IMG/VR virus record: IMGVR_UViG_3300032259_000005
Coordinates: 1-61,100 of that record
DNA from: a virus
Taxonomy: Duplodnaviria > Caudoviricetes
Strand: one strand, 5' to 3'
Length of the DNA: 61,100 nt
Shown piece by piece: positions 51,570-58,910 of the stretch. Position numbers and translations under genes: made by a program. The notes under the pieces are model-generated. The model had not been told where the DNA came from. It saw only the letters and a list, made by a program, of their open reading frames with translations, and did not search any database. How positions within the stretch are numbered: the stretch's first letter is position 1; the number at the start of each line of letters is the position of its first letter.

Positions 51570-51900
51570 TTAAAAAGTCTTATAGGGTAAAAAGCTAACA
51601 AAAAAATAAAAAAGAAAGAGGGGTCAAGACTAGCCGCGAGCTTTTGAAGTGCAGAGAACTTCAAGCGCGATAGAGCTGAACAGCTCTAGAGCTTTTGACA
51701 TGTTTGGAAAGTGTACCTGAAAAGAAGTCAATGATAGGCGCGACTTTTATAATAGCTTTGCTATTGCGTTCAGAATATAATTTCAGAGAAATTTTATACT
51801 ACAGGATATAAAAAAAGGGGAGTCGGGCTGGGTGATTATGTTTGTTTGTGGGTATATGAAGAAGTGGAAGTTCCATTTCATGCCCACGGGTCGTTTTCTG
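51570..51900. promoter_or_regulatory. Divergent intergenic control region
   Basis: Strand switch point with A-tracts, hairpins (TTGAAGT..ACTTCAA; TAGAGCTG-AA-CAGCTCTA) and isolated TTGACA and TATAAT hexamers without canonical spacing. Confidence 0.5.
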
Positions 51901-51912
51901 AAAGGAAACACC

Positions 51913-52320
51913 ATGTTTGCTCTCTTCTCGTTTCTGATCGTGGCTCTGTGTGTGTTCGTATTGGTCATCACTTGGTACAGTGATAACATCGTGAGTGTGC
52001 TGCGCTCATGTGTGGATCGCTTCGTACGGCTGTTCGTGGTCAAGGGTAGTGCGCTGTCTGGTAAGGAGATGCATGTGGCACTCATCAAGGAGAACAAGGC
52101 AAGGCAGCTCACTATTGACATGATGCGTGCACACAATAGGCATATGTCCTTCGTTGAGTGGTGTGAGGACACCGTTGAGTACGAGGCTACAATGGGATGG
52201 CAAGATGCTCAACAGGCATACTACTGGTTGGACGCATGTGGTAACTCATTGGTCAGTGAGGGTGCACATAGGATAGCTAGTAGGGAAGCGCAGAGGCAGA
52301 AGGAGATGGGTCAGTGGTAG
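51913..52320 (+). CDS. Cassette gene 1: N-terminally membrane-anchored hypothetical protein
   Basis: GAAAGGA RBS before ATG 51913, hydrophobic N-terminus, TAG stop. Confidence 0.7.
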   Translation: MFALFSFLIVALCVFVLVITWYSDNIVSVLRSCVDRFVRLFVVKGSALSGKEMHVALIKENKARQLTIDMMRAHNRHMSFVEWCEDTVEYEATMGWQDAQQAYYWLDACGNSLVSEGAHRIASREAQRQKEMGQW

Positions 52321-52445
52321 TGGTAGGGTAGTGGCAGGGTAGTAGTACAAGGGGGCTTGTATCATACATGTGTATGGTATAGGCCCCTTTTTTAGGTATG
52401 CATGTTGCTACCTATCGTTTCTACCCATGTCTGAAAGGACATATC

Positions 52446-52655
52446 ATGTTCAGTCGTCGTCACGAAACCAACGAGCTCCACGAAGAAGCCAAGATGAACC
52501 GTGCCGCCAAGGCGCAGCTCAAGCAGATCCACGTGGACCAGCAGATCGAGAGGACCGCGAGACGGACCCCGGAGCAGATCAAGTTCCAACGCGCTCGCAA
52601 GGCCCTCAAGATGACCGAGGTGCAGTACCAAGCGCATCTGGATCAAGCCAAGTAG
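52446..52655 (+). CDS. Cassette gene 2: small helical basic protein
   Basis: GAAAGGA RBS, C/G-ending codons, ends GCC AAG TAG. Confidence 0.75.
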   Translation: MFSRRHETNELHEEAKMNRAAKAQLKQIHVDQQIERTARRTPEQIKFQRARKALKMTEVQYQAHLDQAK

Positions 52656-52772
52656 TCTCTGACTGCTGAATGATTTAGGGGTGAGTACCACATGGTGCTT
52701 GCCCCTTTTTTAGAGGCATGCGCATTAAGCAATTGCCCAAGTCAATGCAACGACATGTTCAAGGAGAACATC

Positions 52773-52964
52773 ATGAAAGCCAAGATCCTCGACGACATCC
52801 AAGTCTACGAGCAAGCTCGTCCCGCTCATCGTGTGGCTGTGGATCGCAACGCAGCGCAGTACTTCGAGACTCAGCGGTTGGCGTACAAGCAGCCCAAGGG
52901 CAGTGTTCGTCGTGATCAGTTGCTCGCGCTGGCTGAGCGTCTGATTCGGCAGCGTCAAGGCTAG
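52773..52964 (+). CDS. Cassette gene 3: small hypothetical protein
   Basis: AAGGAG RBS before ATG 52773, TAG stop. Confidence 0.75.
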   Translation: MKAKILDDIQVYEQARPAHRVAVDRNAAQYFETQRLAYKQPKGSVRRDQLLALAERLIRQRQG

Positions 52965-53073
52965 TCCATAGGGACTGACAATCTAGGGGTGCATCATACA
53001 TATGTGTGATGTGCCCCTTTTTTAGAGGTAACGCATTCCGTGTTATCATTGCAACAGAGATAGAGACAGCGCT

Positions 53074-53331
53074 ATGCATATCAAACTCAAGATCGTCGTC
53101 CAAGCCAACGTCGTAGGTGTCACTGAGCACAACGACATGCCCTTCACTGATGGTGGGCTCAACGTCCAGTTCGAGAGCGACATGGACTGTACCCTGGAGG
53201 AGTACCAAGAGCTCCACACCAACACCATGGCCATCATCAACGAGGCCAAAGAGGCAGTTACTGGTGAGACCAAGGAAGAGCCCAAGAGCTGCATCTACTG
53301 TGCTGGCCAGGGCTGCAACCACTGTAGCTAG
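53074..53331 (+). CDS. Cassette gene 4: acidic protein with C-terminal CxxC.G.GCxxC
   Basis: Bounded by hairpin elements 3 and 4, TAG stop. Confidence 0.7.
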   Translation: MHIKLKIVVQANVVGVTEHNDMPFTDGGLNVQFESDMDCTLEEYQELHTNTMAIINEAKEAVTGETKEEPKSCIYCAGQGCNHCS

Positions 53332-53454
53332 ACCTTAGGGCCTAGACAACTACAAGGGGCTCGTCTATTAATTTAGGCGGGCCCCTTTTTTGATAGTGGT
53401 GTATTGATATGCATCACTTAGGTTTTACTGACACTAACAAGAAAGTATACTGAT

Positions 53455-53607
53455 ATGTCTAAGATGATTGAGAACATATGGTCTGATATGCACGAACACT
53501 TCATCGAGTGCTTCATCCTGTTGGTCATGTGGGTTGTTCCAATGACTACACCTCTTGCATTCGCAGCCACATGCTGCTGGTGCTACAACGCATGGACAAG
53601 GGACTAG
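53455..53607 (+). CDS. Small membrane protein (50 aa)
   Basis: MSKMIENIW...FILLVMWVVP...TRD*, read manually. Confidence 0.5.
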   Translation: MSKMIENIWSDMHEHFIECFILLVMWVVPMTTPLAFAATCCWCYNAWTRD

Positions 53608-53611
53608 TCAT

Positions 53612-53920
53612 ATGATCACTACCCAATGCTATGCATGTGACATCACTGTACTCGTGCATGATGAAGAGGAGGGTAAGCGCAACTACTGTGTTGTATGCAA
53701 GCCCCTTACTGATAGGCGCAGTGTGCATGCATGTACTCATTGTGGTGAGCCTGCCTCTATCATGACAGGTGTCAAGCAGTGTGTCCCTACTACCAAGGGC
53801 TATGTGTATACATACATGTGCCTCAGTGGTGTGTGCAAGGAGCGTGTGTATAGCCTGTTCAGTGCTAAGCCTACACATGAGGGTCGTGTGTTCAGAGTCC
53901 GTTACAAAAGGAGTAAGTGA
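53612..53920 (+). CDS. Cys-rich Zn-finger protein
   Basis: CYAC, CVVC, CTHC and CLSGVC. ATG at 53612. Confidence 0.65.
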   Translation: MITTQCYACDITVLVHDEEEGKRNYCVVCKPLTDRRSVHACTHCGEPASIMTGVKQCVPTTKGYVYTYMCLSGVCKERVYSLFSAKPTHEGRVFRVRYKRSK

Positions 53921-54018
53921 TATGTGGTTATGGATGTGTTACAGTTACTATCCGCTCAGTGAGTGGACCATCGAAGACTACCACGCATGGATGAAGTGGT
54001 AACAACAAGGAGACTGAT

Positions 54019-54159
54019 ATGAACATCAATGACGCCCCTAAGGCTACGTTCAGGCAGAACATGGTCACTATCATGGTGGTCTGTGTTGCTGCAACGAGAC
54101 TCACATGGTGGATGCTTACAAGCAAAGAGTTCAGGGACATGTGGGGGAAGCGTAAGTAG
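54019..54159 (+). CDS. Small membrane protein (46 aa)
   Basis: AAGGAG RBS. MNINDAPK...RK*. Ends AAG TAG before element 5. Confidence 0.6.
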   Translation: MNINDAPKATFRQNMVTIMVVCVAATRLTWWMLTSKEFRDMWGKRK

Positions 54160-54276
54160 TAGATAGCAGTCATACAAGGGGCTGTACTATTAAGTTAGTA
54201 TGGCCCCTTTTTTAGTGGTCGCGCATTGTAGTGTGACCCAGTTTCTGTTACCTCATGTACATAGGAGTACATAGTT

Positions 54277-54564
54277 ATGCAACTCAACATCAACATCCCC
54301 AGCTTCGCAGATGTCATCGAAGGCATCAACAAGCGCACCCGCAAGCCCATGTCAAGCAACACCTTGGAGATGAAGACCATCGTGCTCAAGTACGAGCGTC
54401 TCGATGAACTCATGTCAAGGGCCAACAAGATCGAGACCCAGATGGAGCGTGATGAGAGTGCCTACATCAAGGCTCGTGCCAAGAAAGAAGATAAGCTCCA
54501 CACCATCAAGGAAGAGCTGCAGTCGTTGGCCAAGGAGCTGCCGTCTGGTTCTGAAGAGAAGTAG
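54277..54564 (+). CDS. Cassette gene: coiled-coil protein
   Basis: AGGAG RBS, heptad-like K/E-rich helix, ends AAG TAG. Confidence 0.75.
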   Translation: MQLNINIPSFADVIEGINKRTRKPMSSNTLEMKTIVLKYERLDELMSRANKIETQMERDESAYIKARAKKEDKLHTIKEELQSLAKELPSGSEEK

Positions 54565-54686
54565 TCTCTAGGTAGAGTGTAATCAACAAGGGGTAGTATC
54601 ATTAGCTTGGTACTGCCCCTTTTTTAGGACACGCATTTTGTGTGTTCTGTTTTACTAAACGCCTAACTCAGAAGAGGCATACTACT

Positions 54687-55097
54687 ATGGGTATCATTCC
54701 CAACATCAACGTCACGCAAGCCACCTACAACTTCAGCATCAACACTGTCGAGTTCAAGAGTGGTGAAGGCCCTGACACTGGTGACCTGGTCCTGCACTGC
54801 CACATCATGGATGAGGGTCAGTTCAAGGGTACCAAGGTCCGTACGCTGTTCCGGTACACGGGTGAGGGTCGTGACAAGAAGACCAGTATGAAGCTCGGCG
54901 CTCTGACTACCCAAGTGGGTCTTGTAATGGAGTTGGTCTTCAAGGATGGAGAGAGTGCTGGTGATGCCTACGTCAACTGGCTCTGCGAAGCTCTGCCTGG
55001 TGCCAGCTTCATCAGTGAGGCCAAGACCTACAAGGGCGCTCCTTACGGTGAAGAGGTTGTCATGAACCTGTGCTTCATCGATCCCAACGCCAAGTAG
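54687..55097 (+). CDS. DUF669-like OB-fold ssDNA-binding protein candidate (A)
   Basis: ATYNFSINTVEFK...LVLHCHIMDEGQFKGTKV matches the DUF669 pattern GxYxxxIxxV...LxxxIxxGxxxGxxV. GAGG RBS. Confidence 0.5.
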   Translation: MGIIPNINVTQATYNFSINTVEFKSGEGPDTGDLVLHCHIMDEGQFKGTKVRTLFRYTGEGRDKKTSMKLGALTTQVGLVMELVFKDGESAGDAYVNWLCEALPGASFISEAKTYKGAPYGEEVVMNLCFIDPNAK

Positions 55098-55216
55098 GCT
55101 AGTGGTCTGATGTAATACTACAAGGGGTAAGTCTATTAAATTAGGCTTGCCCCTTTTTTAGGACGTACGCATTGTGCGTTCTATTCACAGTTACCTAACC
55201 ACAGAAAGGACCCGCC

Positions 55217-55621
55217 ATGGGTTCCAAGTTCACTTCAGAAGACATCAACGACATGCCCGCAACCATCGAAGACGGCACTTACCTGCTGCAGCTGAAGACG
55301 GTGAAGGACAACCCGAAGTCGTGGACGTTCATGACTCGTATCGCAGATGGTCCGCTCACTGACAAGGAGGTGTTGCTGGTCATCCCTGTGTCCAATGATC
55401 CGGTGCAGGAGAGGACCAACAAGCGCAAGGTGATTCACATGATCACTGCGTTCTCTGGTGAGCGTCCCAAGAGCAACCGTCAGGGCACTGAGAAGTACAT
55501 CACGGCTTCGTGTGTCGACAAGCTCGCTGTGATGCAGATCTGGCGTCAGCGTGATCAGTACGGTCGTCCCAACGGTTACTGGGGCTTCTGGATTGACATG
55601 CCTGCGTCTGCCAACGTCTAG
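55217..55621 (+). CDS. DUF669-like OB-fold ssDNA-binding protein candidate (B)
   Basis: DGTYLLQLKTVK...WTFMTRIADGPLTDKEV. GAAAGGA RBS. Confidence 0.5.
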   Translation: MGSKFTSEDINDMPATIEDGTYLLQLKTVKDNPKSWTFMTRIADGPLTDKEVLLVIPVSNDPVQERTNKRKVIHMITAFSGERPKSNRQGTEKYITASCVDKLAVMQIWRQRDQYGRPNGYWGFWIDMPASANV

Positions 55622-55723
55622 TCACTAAACTAGCCAGTTAACTACAAGGGGTACATCTATTAAATTAGGTGTGCCCCTTTTTTAGAGTGTAATAGTGCAC
55701 TCTGTTACAAGGAAAGCTAGGCA

Positions 55724-55933
55724 ATGAAGAAGAACGTTACTACTACACTGGTGATGGTCCTGGTCGTACTGACCATCGGCCTCGTTACATCGAACCTGCT
55801 GGGCCTCTGGCTTGGCTACAACCACGTCATCGGTCAACACGAAGGCAAGGGCTTCTGGCACAGGGTCTGCACTGAATGCCCATGCTTGGTCCACGAGGGG
55901 TGTCACCCCATGAAGGGGAACAGTAATGAGTGA
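55724..55933 (+). CDS. Small membrane protein with C-terminal Cys/His cluster
   Basis: Hydrophobic N-terminus, CTECPC..H..CH, AAGGA RBS. Confidence 0.6.
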   Translation: MKKNVTTTLVMVLVVLTIGLVTSNLLGLWLGYNHVIGQHEGKGFWHRVCTECPCLVHEGCHPMKGNSNE

Positions 55934-56081
55934 ATGTCAAGAGAAGGCTCTGAAGAGAGTCTTCATGAAGAACTTCGTTTGGCATCGCAAAGTGCGAGGC
56001 TTCACCCAGAAGCAGCTTGAGGAGGCAGGCCGCTCATTTGCGACCAGCTTTCTCAAGTGGCAAAGTGAATGGGCCAAGTAG
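55926..56081 (+). CDS. Small hypothetical protein (51 aa)
   Basis: MSECQEKALK...WAK*, read manually. Ends GCC AAG TAG before element 9. Confidence 0.6.
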   Translation: MSECQEKALKRVFMKNFVWHRKVRGFTQKQLEEAGRSFATSFLKWQSEWAK

Positions 56082-56200
56082 GCGGGTCTAGACAATTACA
56101 AGAGGCAGGCATCAGCAATGGTGTCTGCCCCTTTTTTAGGTAGTAGCCCGAGCGAAGCGAGGGCGTTACTATTGGTTACTCTTACCTTAGGAGGTTACTC

Positions 56201-56356
56201 ATGTTCTACTATGTGCTACTAGGTATTATTGTGCTATTCCCTATTGTTAGGGTATGGCTTGCTAATAATAAGCGGCGAGCGAAGCGAGCTGCTAGTAATG
56301 AACTACGTGATTATGTGCGTATGGTGATTAAGCGCGATCTTGGAAAGGATGCGTGA
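56201..56356 (+). CDS. Small membrane protein (51 aa)
   Basis: AGGAGG RBS. MFYYVLLGIIVLFPIV... then a basic tail. Confidence 0.6.
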   Translation: MFYYVLLGIIVLFPIVRVWLANNKRRAKRAASNELRDYVRMVIKRDLGKDA

Positions 56357-56550
56357 TGACAAATGTGACGCTGGCTAGTATTAAAGGTGATCTTCAAGTA
56401 AGGATGGCTATTAAGCAACTTGTTGTAAATACACTTACTGAGAAGGATATCTTGCAATATATTGCTGTACTTCAAGATAATATGATTGATCTTAAGGTAC
56501 GTGTACGTGACCTGGAAGACAAGCTAAAAGGAGTGACTGATGGACGATGA
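56353..56550 (+). CDS. Small coiled-coil protein
   Basis: Start overlaps the upstream stop. GAAAGGA RBS. Confidence 0.55.
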   Translation: MMTNVTLASIKGDLQVRMAIKQLVVNTLTEKDILQYIAVLQDNMIDLKVRVRDLEDKLKGVTDGR

Positions 56551-56707
56551 AAAGTGTATTTGTATGATCTGTTCTAAAGAGATATTTAAATATGATGCTT
56601 ATACCAGTGATGCTAAATGGTGGTGTATTGTATGCGATGTTCGTTTGTGCGAGCTCTATGCTGAAACTCTTACTGAAGGTATTCTGAAGAAACTGGAGTT
56701 GATATGA
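56540..56707 (+). CDS. Small Zn-finger protein (CxxC...WWCxxC)
   Basis: AAGGAG RBS. MDDEKCICMICSK...WWCIVC, read manually. Confidence 0.6.
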   Translation: MDDEKCICMICSKEIFKYDAYTSDAKWWCIVCDVRLCELYAETLTEGILKKLELI

Positions 56708-56898
56708 GCAAGAAAGAGATAGTGATACGACTGTGTATGCTTACTACTAAAGTCATGAATAAGAAGTACAATTATACTGAGCCCGCAGATTGTTTCTGTG
56801 ATGCTAGTGTGCTTAATAGTTCCTTTAACTTCAGCCCTGAGGTACTGAAGTTCATTGAGGAAGCTGTTGACGAGAAGCTTGAAAAGGAGACTGTCTGA
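56704..56898 (+). CDS. Hypothetical protein (PADCFC motif)
   Basis: ATGA overlap and GGAG RBS. Confidence 0.6.
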   Translation: MSKKEIVIRLCMLTTKVMNKKYNYTEPADCFCDASVLNSSFNFSPEVLKFIEEAVDEKLEKETV

Positions 56899-57608
56899 TG
56901 AAAGATAGAACTGATGTCGCGATTTGTGAGCAATGCGGTCAAAGCATTCTCATTTCTGAAGCTGGTTGCATCGAGTACAATTCATTGTACTGGTGCAAGA
57001 CATGCTGTGGTCAGTCTCATATGAGTCCTGACTGTGACAAGAACTATGACTACGACGAGCCTGAGCTCGTCAACGTTGATGGTGAGGAGCCCATGTGTCT
57101 AGTCTGTGGCAAGCCTGGTCCTGACAGGATTTGTCCTGATTGTGAGCCCAAGTGTCGAGGTTGTGGAACAACCTACGACTTGAGTGATGGTTGGTGTCTT
57201 GCTTGTGCTAGGCGAAGCGAGGGACCTACTCACATCAGTGGACCTATTGCTGATGTGCTCGCGTCTATTACCGTTGAAAAGCCCAAGGACAATATGATTG
57301 ATTGCAGTGAATGCAATACTACTGGCGTTATTCATAGGTATGTTCGTGTAACATGCTTGTGTGAGAACTGTGAAGGCCAAGGACACTTTCCTGAGCCGCC
57401 TATTACCATTGACCGACAGCCAGAAGACCCTGGTAAGTACCATGGCGTTATGAAGAGGTCATGGATGGATCATGATACGTGCTTGGCATGTAACATGAAT
57501 CGGGTGGATACTAATAGTTATCCTGCTTACTGTGATGAGTGCTTGGACTACTACCGCGAGCTTGACTTGTGGTCTATGCGCATGGATATGCCTGAAGGCA
57601 TTGAGTGA
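56898..57608 (+). CDS. Multi-Zn-ribbon protein (about 10 CxxC motifs)
   Basis: CEQC/CKTC, CLVC/CPDC, CRGC/CLAC, CSEC/CENC and CLAC/CDEC pairs. Confidence 0.7.
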   Translation: MKDRTDVAICEQCGQSILISEAGCIEYNSLYWCKTCCGQSHMSPDCDKNYDYDEPELVNVDGEEPMCLVCGKPGPDRICPDCEPKCRGCGTTYDLSDGWCLACARRSEGPTHISGPIADVLASITVEKPKDNMIDCSECNTTGVIHRYVRVTCLCENCEGQGHFPEPPITIDRQPEDPGKYHGVMKRSWMDHDTCLACNMNRVDTNSYPAYCDECLDYYRELDLWSMRMDMPEGIE

Positions 57609-57610
57609 AC

Positions 57611-57639
57611 GTGTTATGGCCCTTGTTGGGCCATAATAC
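57611..57639 (+). terminator. 12-bp stem-loop right after the stop codon
   Basis: GTGTTATGGCCC-TTGTT-GGGCCATAATAC with one G-U pair and a weak U-tract. Confidence 0.5.
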
Positions 57640-57714
57640 ACTAGTTTGACCCTTGAGTGACTAATAAAATGTTTATTAGCGCGCTTATTACCCTGTTTAG
57701 ACACTGGAGTCAAC

Positions 57715-57858
57715 ATGGAAGATAGAGACTTGATGTTACTAGTCCTTGGATGTTTGGTAGGCTGGCCCTTGGGCAAGCTAGCGTTCTACTTGTACCTTGA
57801 GTATCAAGAGCGTAAGCGTCTTAAGAGGCTGCATAAGAAGTGGAAGGAGAGTGAATAA
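57715..57858 (+). CDS. Small membrane protein (47 aa)
   Basis: GGAG RBS, hydrophobic segment followed by a basic tail. Confidence 0.55.
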   Translation: MEDRDLMLLVLGCLVGWPLGKLAFYLYLEYQERKRLKRLHKKWKESE

Positions 57859-58150
57859 AGCCCCCGAAGGCTATGTGCCTTCTAGGGGTCTAGAAGTGGT
57901 CTCCCACCCTAGGGGATATCGATACCACCCCTCTTTAAGATGCCTAGAACAATGGTTCTAGCGGGGGACCTTATCTCCGGGGTTCTTAGGACTATGAGTA
58001 TGAGGTATATAAGATGCAATATATTGTGTAATATCTCTTGTTTTAGTGTTACATCTACATCTAAAATAATAAGTAGTGGGGGTGAGTATATGTGTGTGGG
58101 ATAGCTAGTAAGTGGTTCTAAAAAAGGTTTTAGAGGGTCTCTATGTGTTT

Positions 58151-58208
58151 GTGAGTATCTAAATGGATATATTGGTGAGTATCTAAATGGATATAATCGT
58201 ATCTAAAT
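58151..58208. repeat. Tandem 24-bp-period direct repeat GTGAGTATCTAAATGGATATA (x2 plus a partial third)
   Basis: Copies at 58151-58171 and 58175-58195, plus GTATCTAAAT at 58199-58208. Confidence 0.85.
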
Positions 58209-58234
58209 CAACTGTTTTGACTGAAAGGACACTG

Positions 58235-58429
58235 ATGATTCATGAAACTGATGTTGTAGTGTGTGAGCACTGCAAAAAGAGCGTACTCAAGGGTGACACT
58301 GTACAGAACTTGGATACCTACTGGTGTACTGAGTGTAATGAGGTACTAATTGAAAATCAAGAGTGGCTCCGTAAGAGCCATCTCTATGGTACTGATGAGT
58401 CTAATTGGCCTAAGGGTGTATCTGATTGA
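58235..58429 (+). CDS. Small Zn-finger protein (CxxC...YWCxxC)
   Basis: GAAAGGA RBS before ATG 58235. Confidence 0.65.
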   Translation: MIHETDVVVCEHCKKSVLKGDTVQNLDTYWCTECNEVLIENQEWLRKSHLYGTDESNWPKGVSD

Positions 58430-58460
58430 TAATTCCCGCGATTTCTAACAAGGAAGACTG

Positions 58461-58622
58461 ATGACAATCATTCTACTGATTATCTATGGTATTGGAGCCT
58501 ATCTAAGGTATGCTAGTCTTACAGAGGATAGTCGTAATAACTTGAATGACTATTATAAGTATGGGTATTCAATGTTCTGGCCTATTCATATGTTTAATAT
58601 GACTAGGAAACAGGATCTATAA
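58461..58622 (+). CDS. Small membrane protein (53 aa)
   Basis: Starts at a junction-motif ATG. Hydrophobic N-terminus and FWP motif. Confidence 0.55.
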   Translation: MTIILLIIYGIGAYLRYASLTEDSRNNLNDYYKYGYSMFWPIHMFNMTRKQDL

Positions 58623-58658
58623 TACTAATACCCGCGATTCTAACAAGGAGAATGACTG

Positions 58659-58907
58659 ATGAGTAAGGTTACAGTAGACTGGATTACTTGGAGTCACACT
58701 AGGCAAATTGAATTTGCTCGTGATACTGAGCATTGTGATAGGTATCAGGAGTTCGTATATGAAGATAAGGAGATAATTGATTGCTTCCCGTGCTTGAAAG
58801 ATTCAAGTATAGTCAAGACTACAGTAGATCCTGATAAAGGGGAGTATACTGTTACTTATGGTAGAAGGGTCTACACTGCTAATACCCGAGATTCTAAGGA
58901 GAACTGA
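58659..58907 (+). CDS. Hypothetical protein
   Basis: AAGGAG RBS within the junction motif. Confidence 0.65.
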   Translation: MSKVTVDWITWSHTRQIEFARDTEHCDRYQEFVYEDKEIIDCFPCLKDSSIVKTTVDPDKGEYTVTYGRRVYTANTRDSKEN

Positions 58908-58910
58908 CTG

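Larger units (their letters stand above)
52347..56139 (+). repeat. Nine dispersed intergenic hairpin elements (ACAA)GGGG-variable stem-GCCCCTTTTTT(AG)
   Basis: Copies at ~52347-52395, 52677-52713, 52985-53025, 53352-53391, 54174-54215, 54586-54627, 55120-55161, 55644-55685 and 56098-56139. Stems are 12-17 bp with G-U pairs. They have intrinsic-terminator architecture. Confidence 0.95.

Noticed and set aside
51695-51800. Sigma70 promoter from TTGACA, TATAAT and TATACT hexamers
   Set aside because: No pairing gives a 16-18 nt spacer, so it was not called.
52347-56139. Hairpin elements as a CRISPR array
   Set aside because: The inner sequence varies, spacing is roughly 300-800 nt and filled with ORFs, and no cas genes are present.
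52347-56139. Hairpin elements as integron attC sites
   Set aside because: No RYYYAAC/GTTRRRY boxes or extrahelical bases. G-U pairing favours the top strand, and no integrase is in the window. A different recombination mechanism is not excluded.
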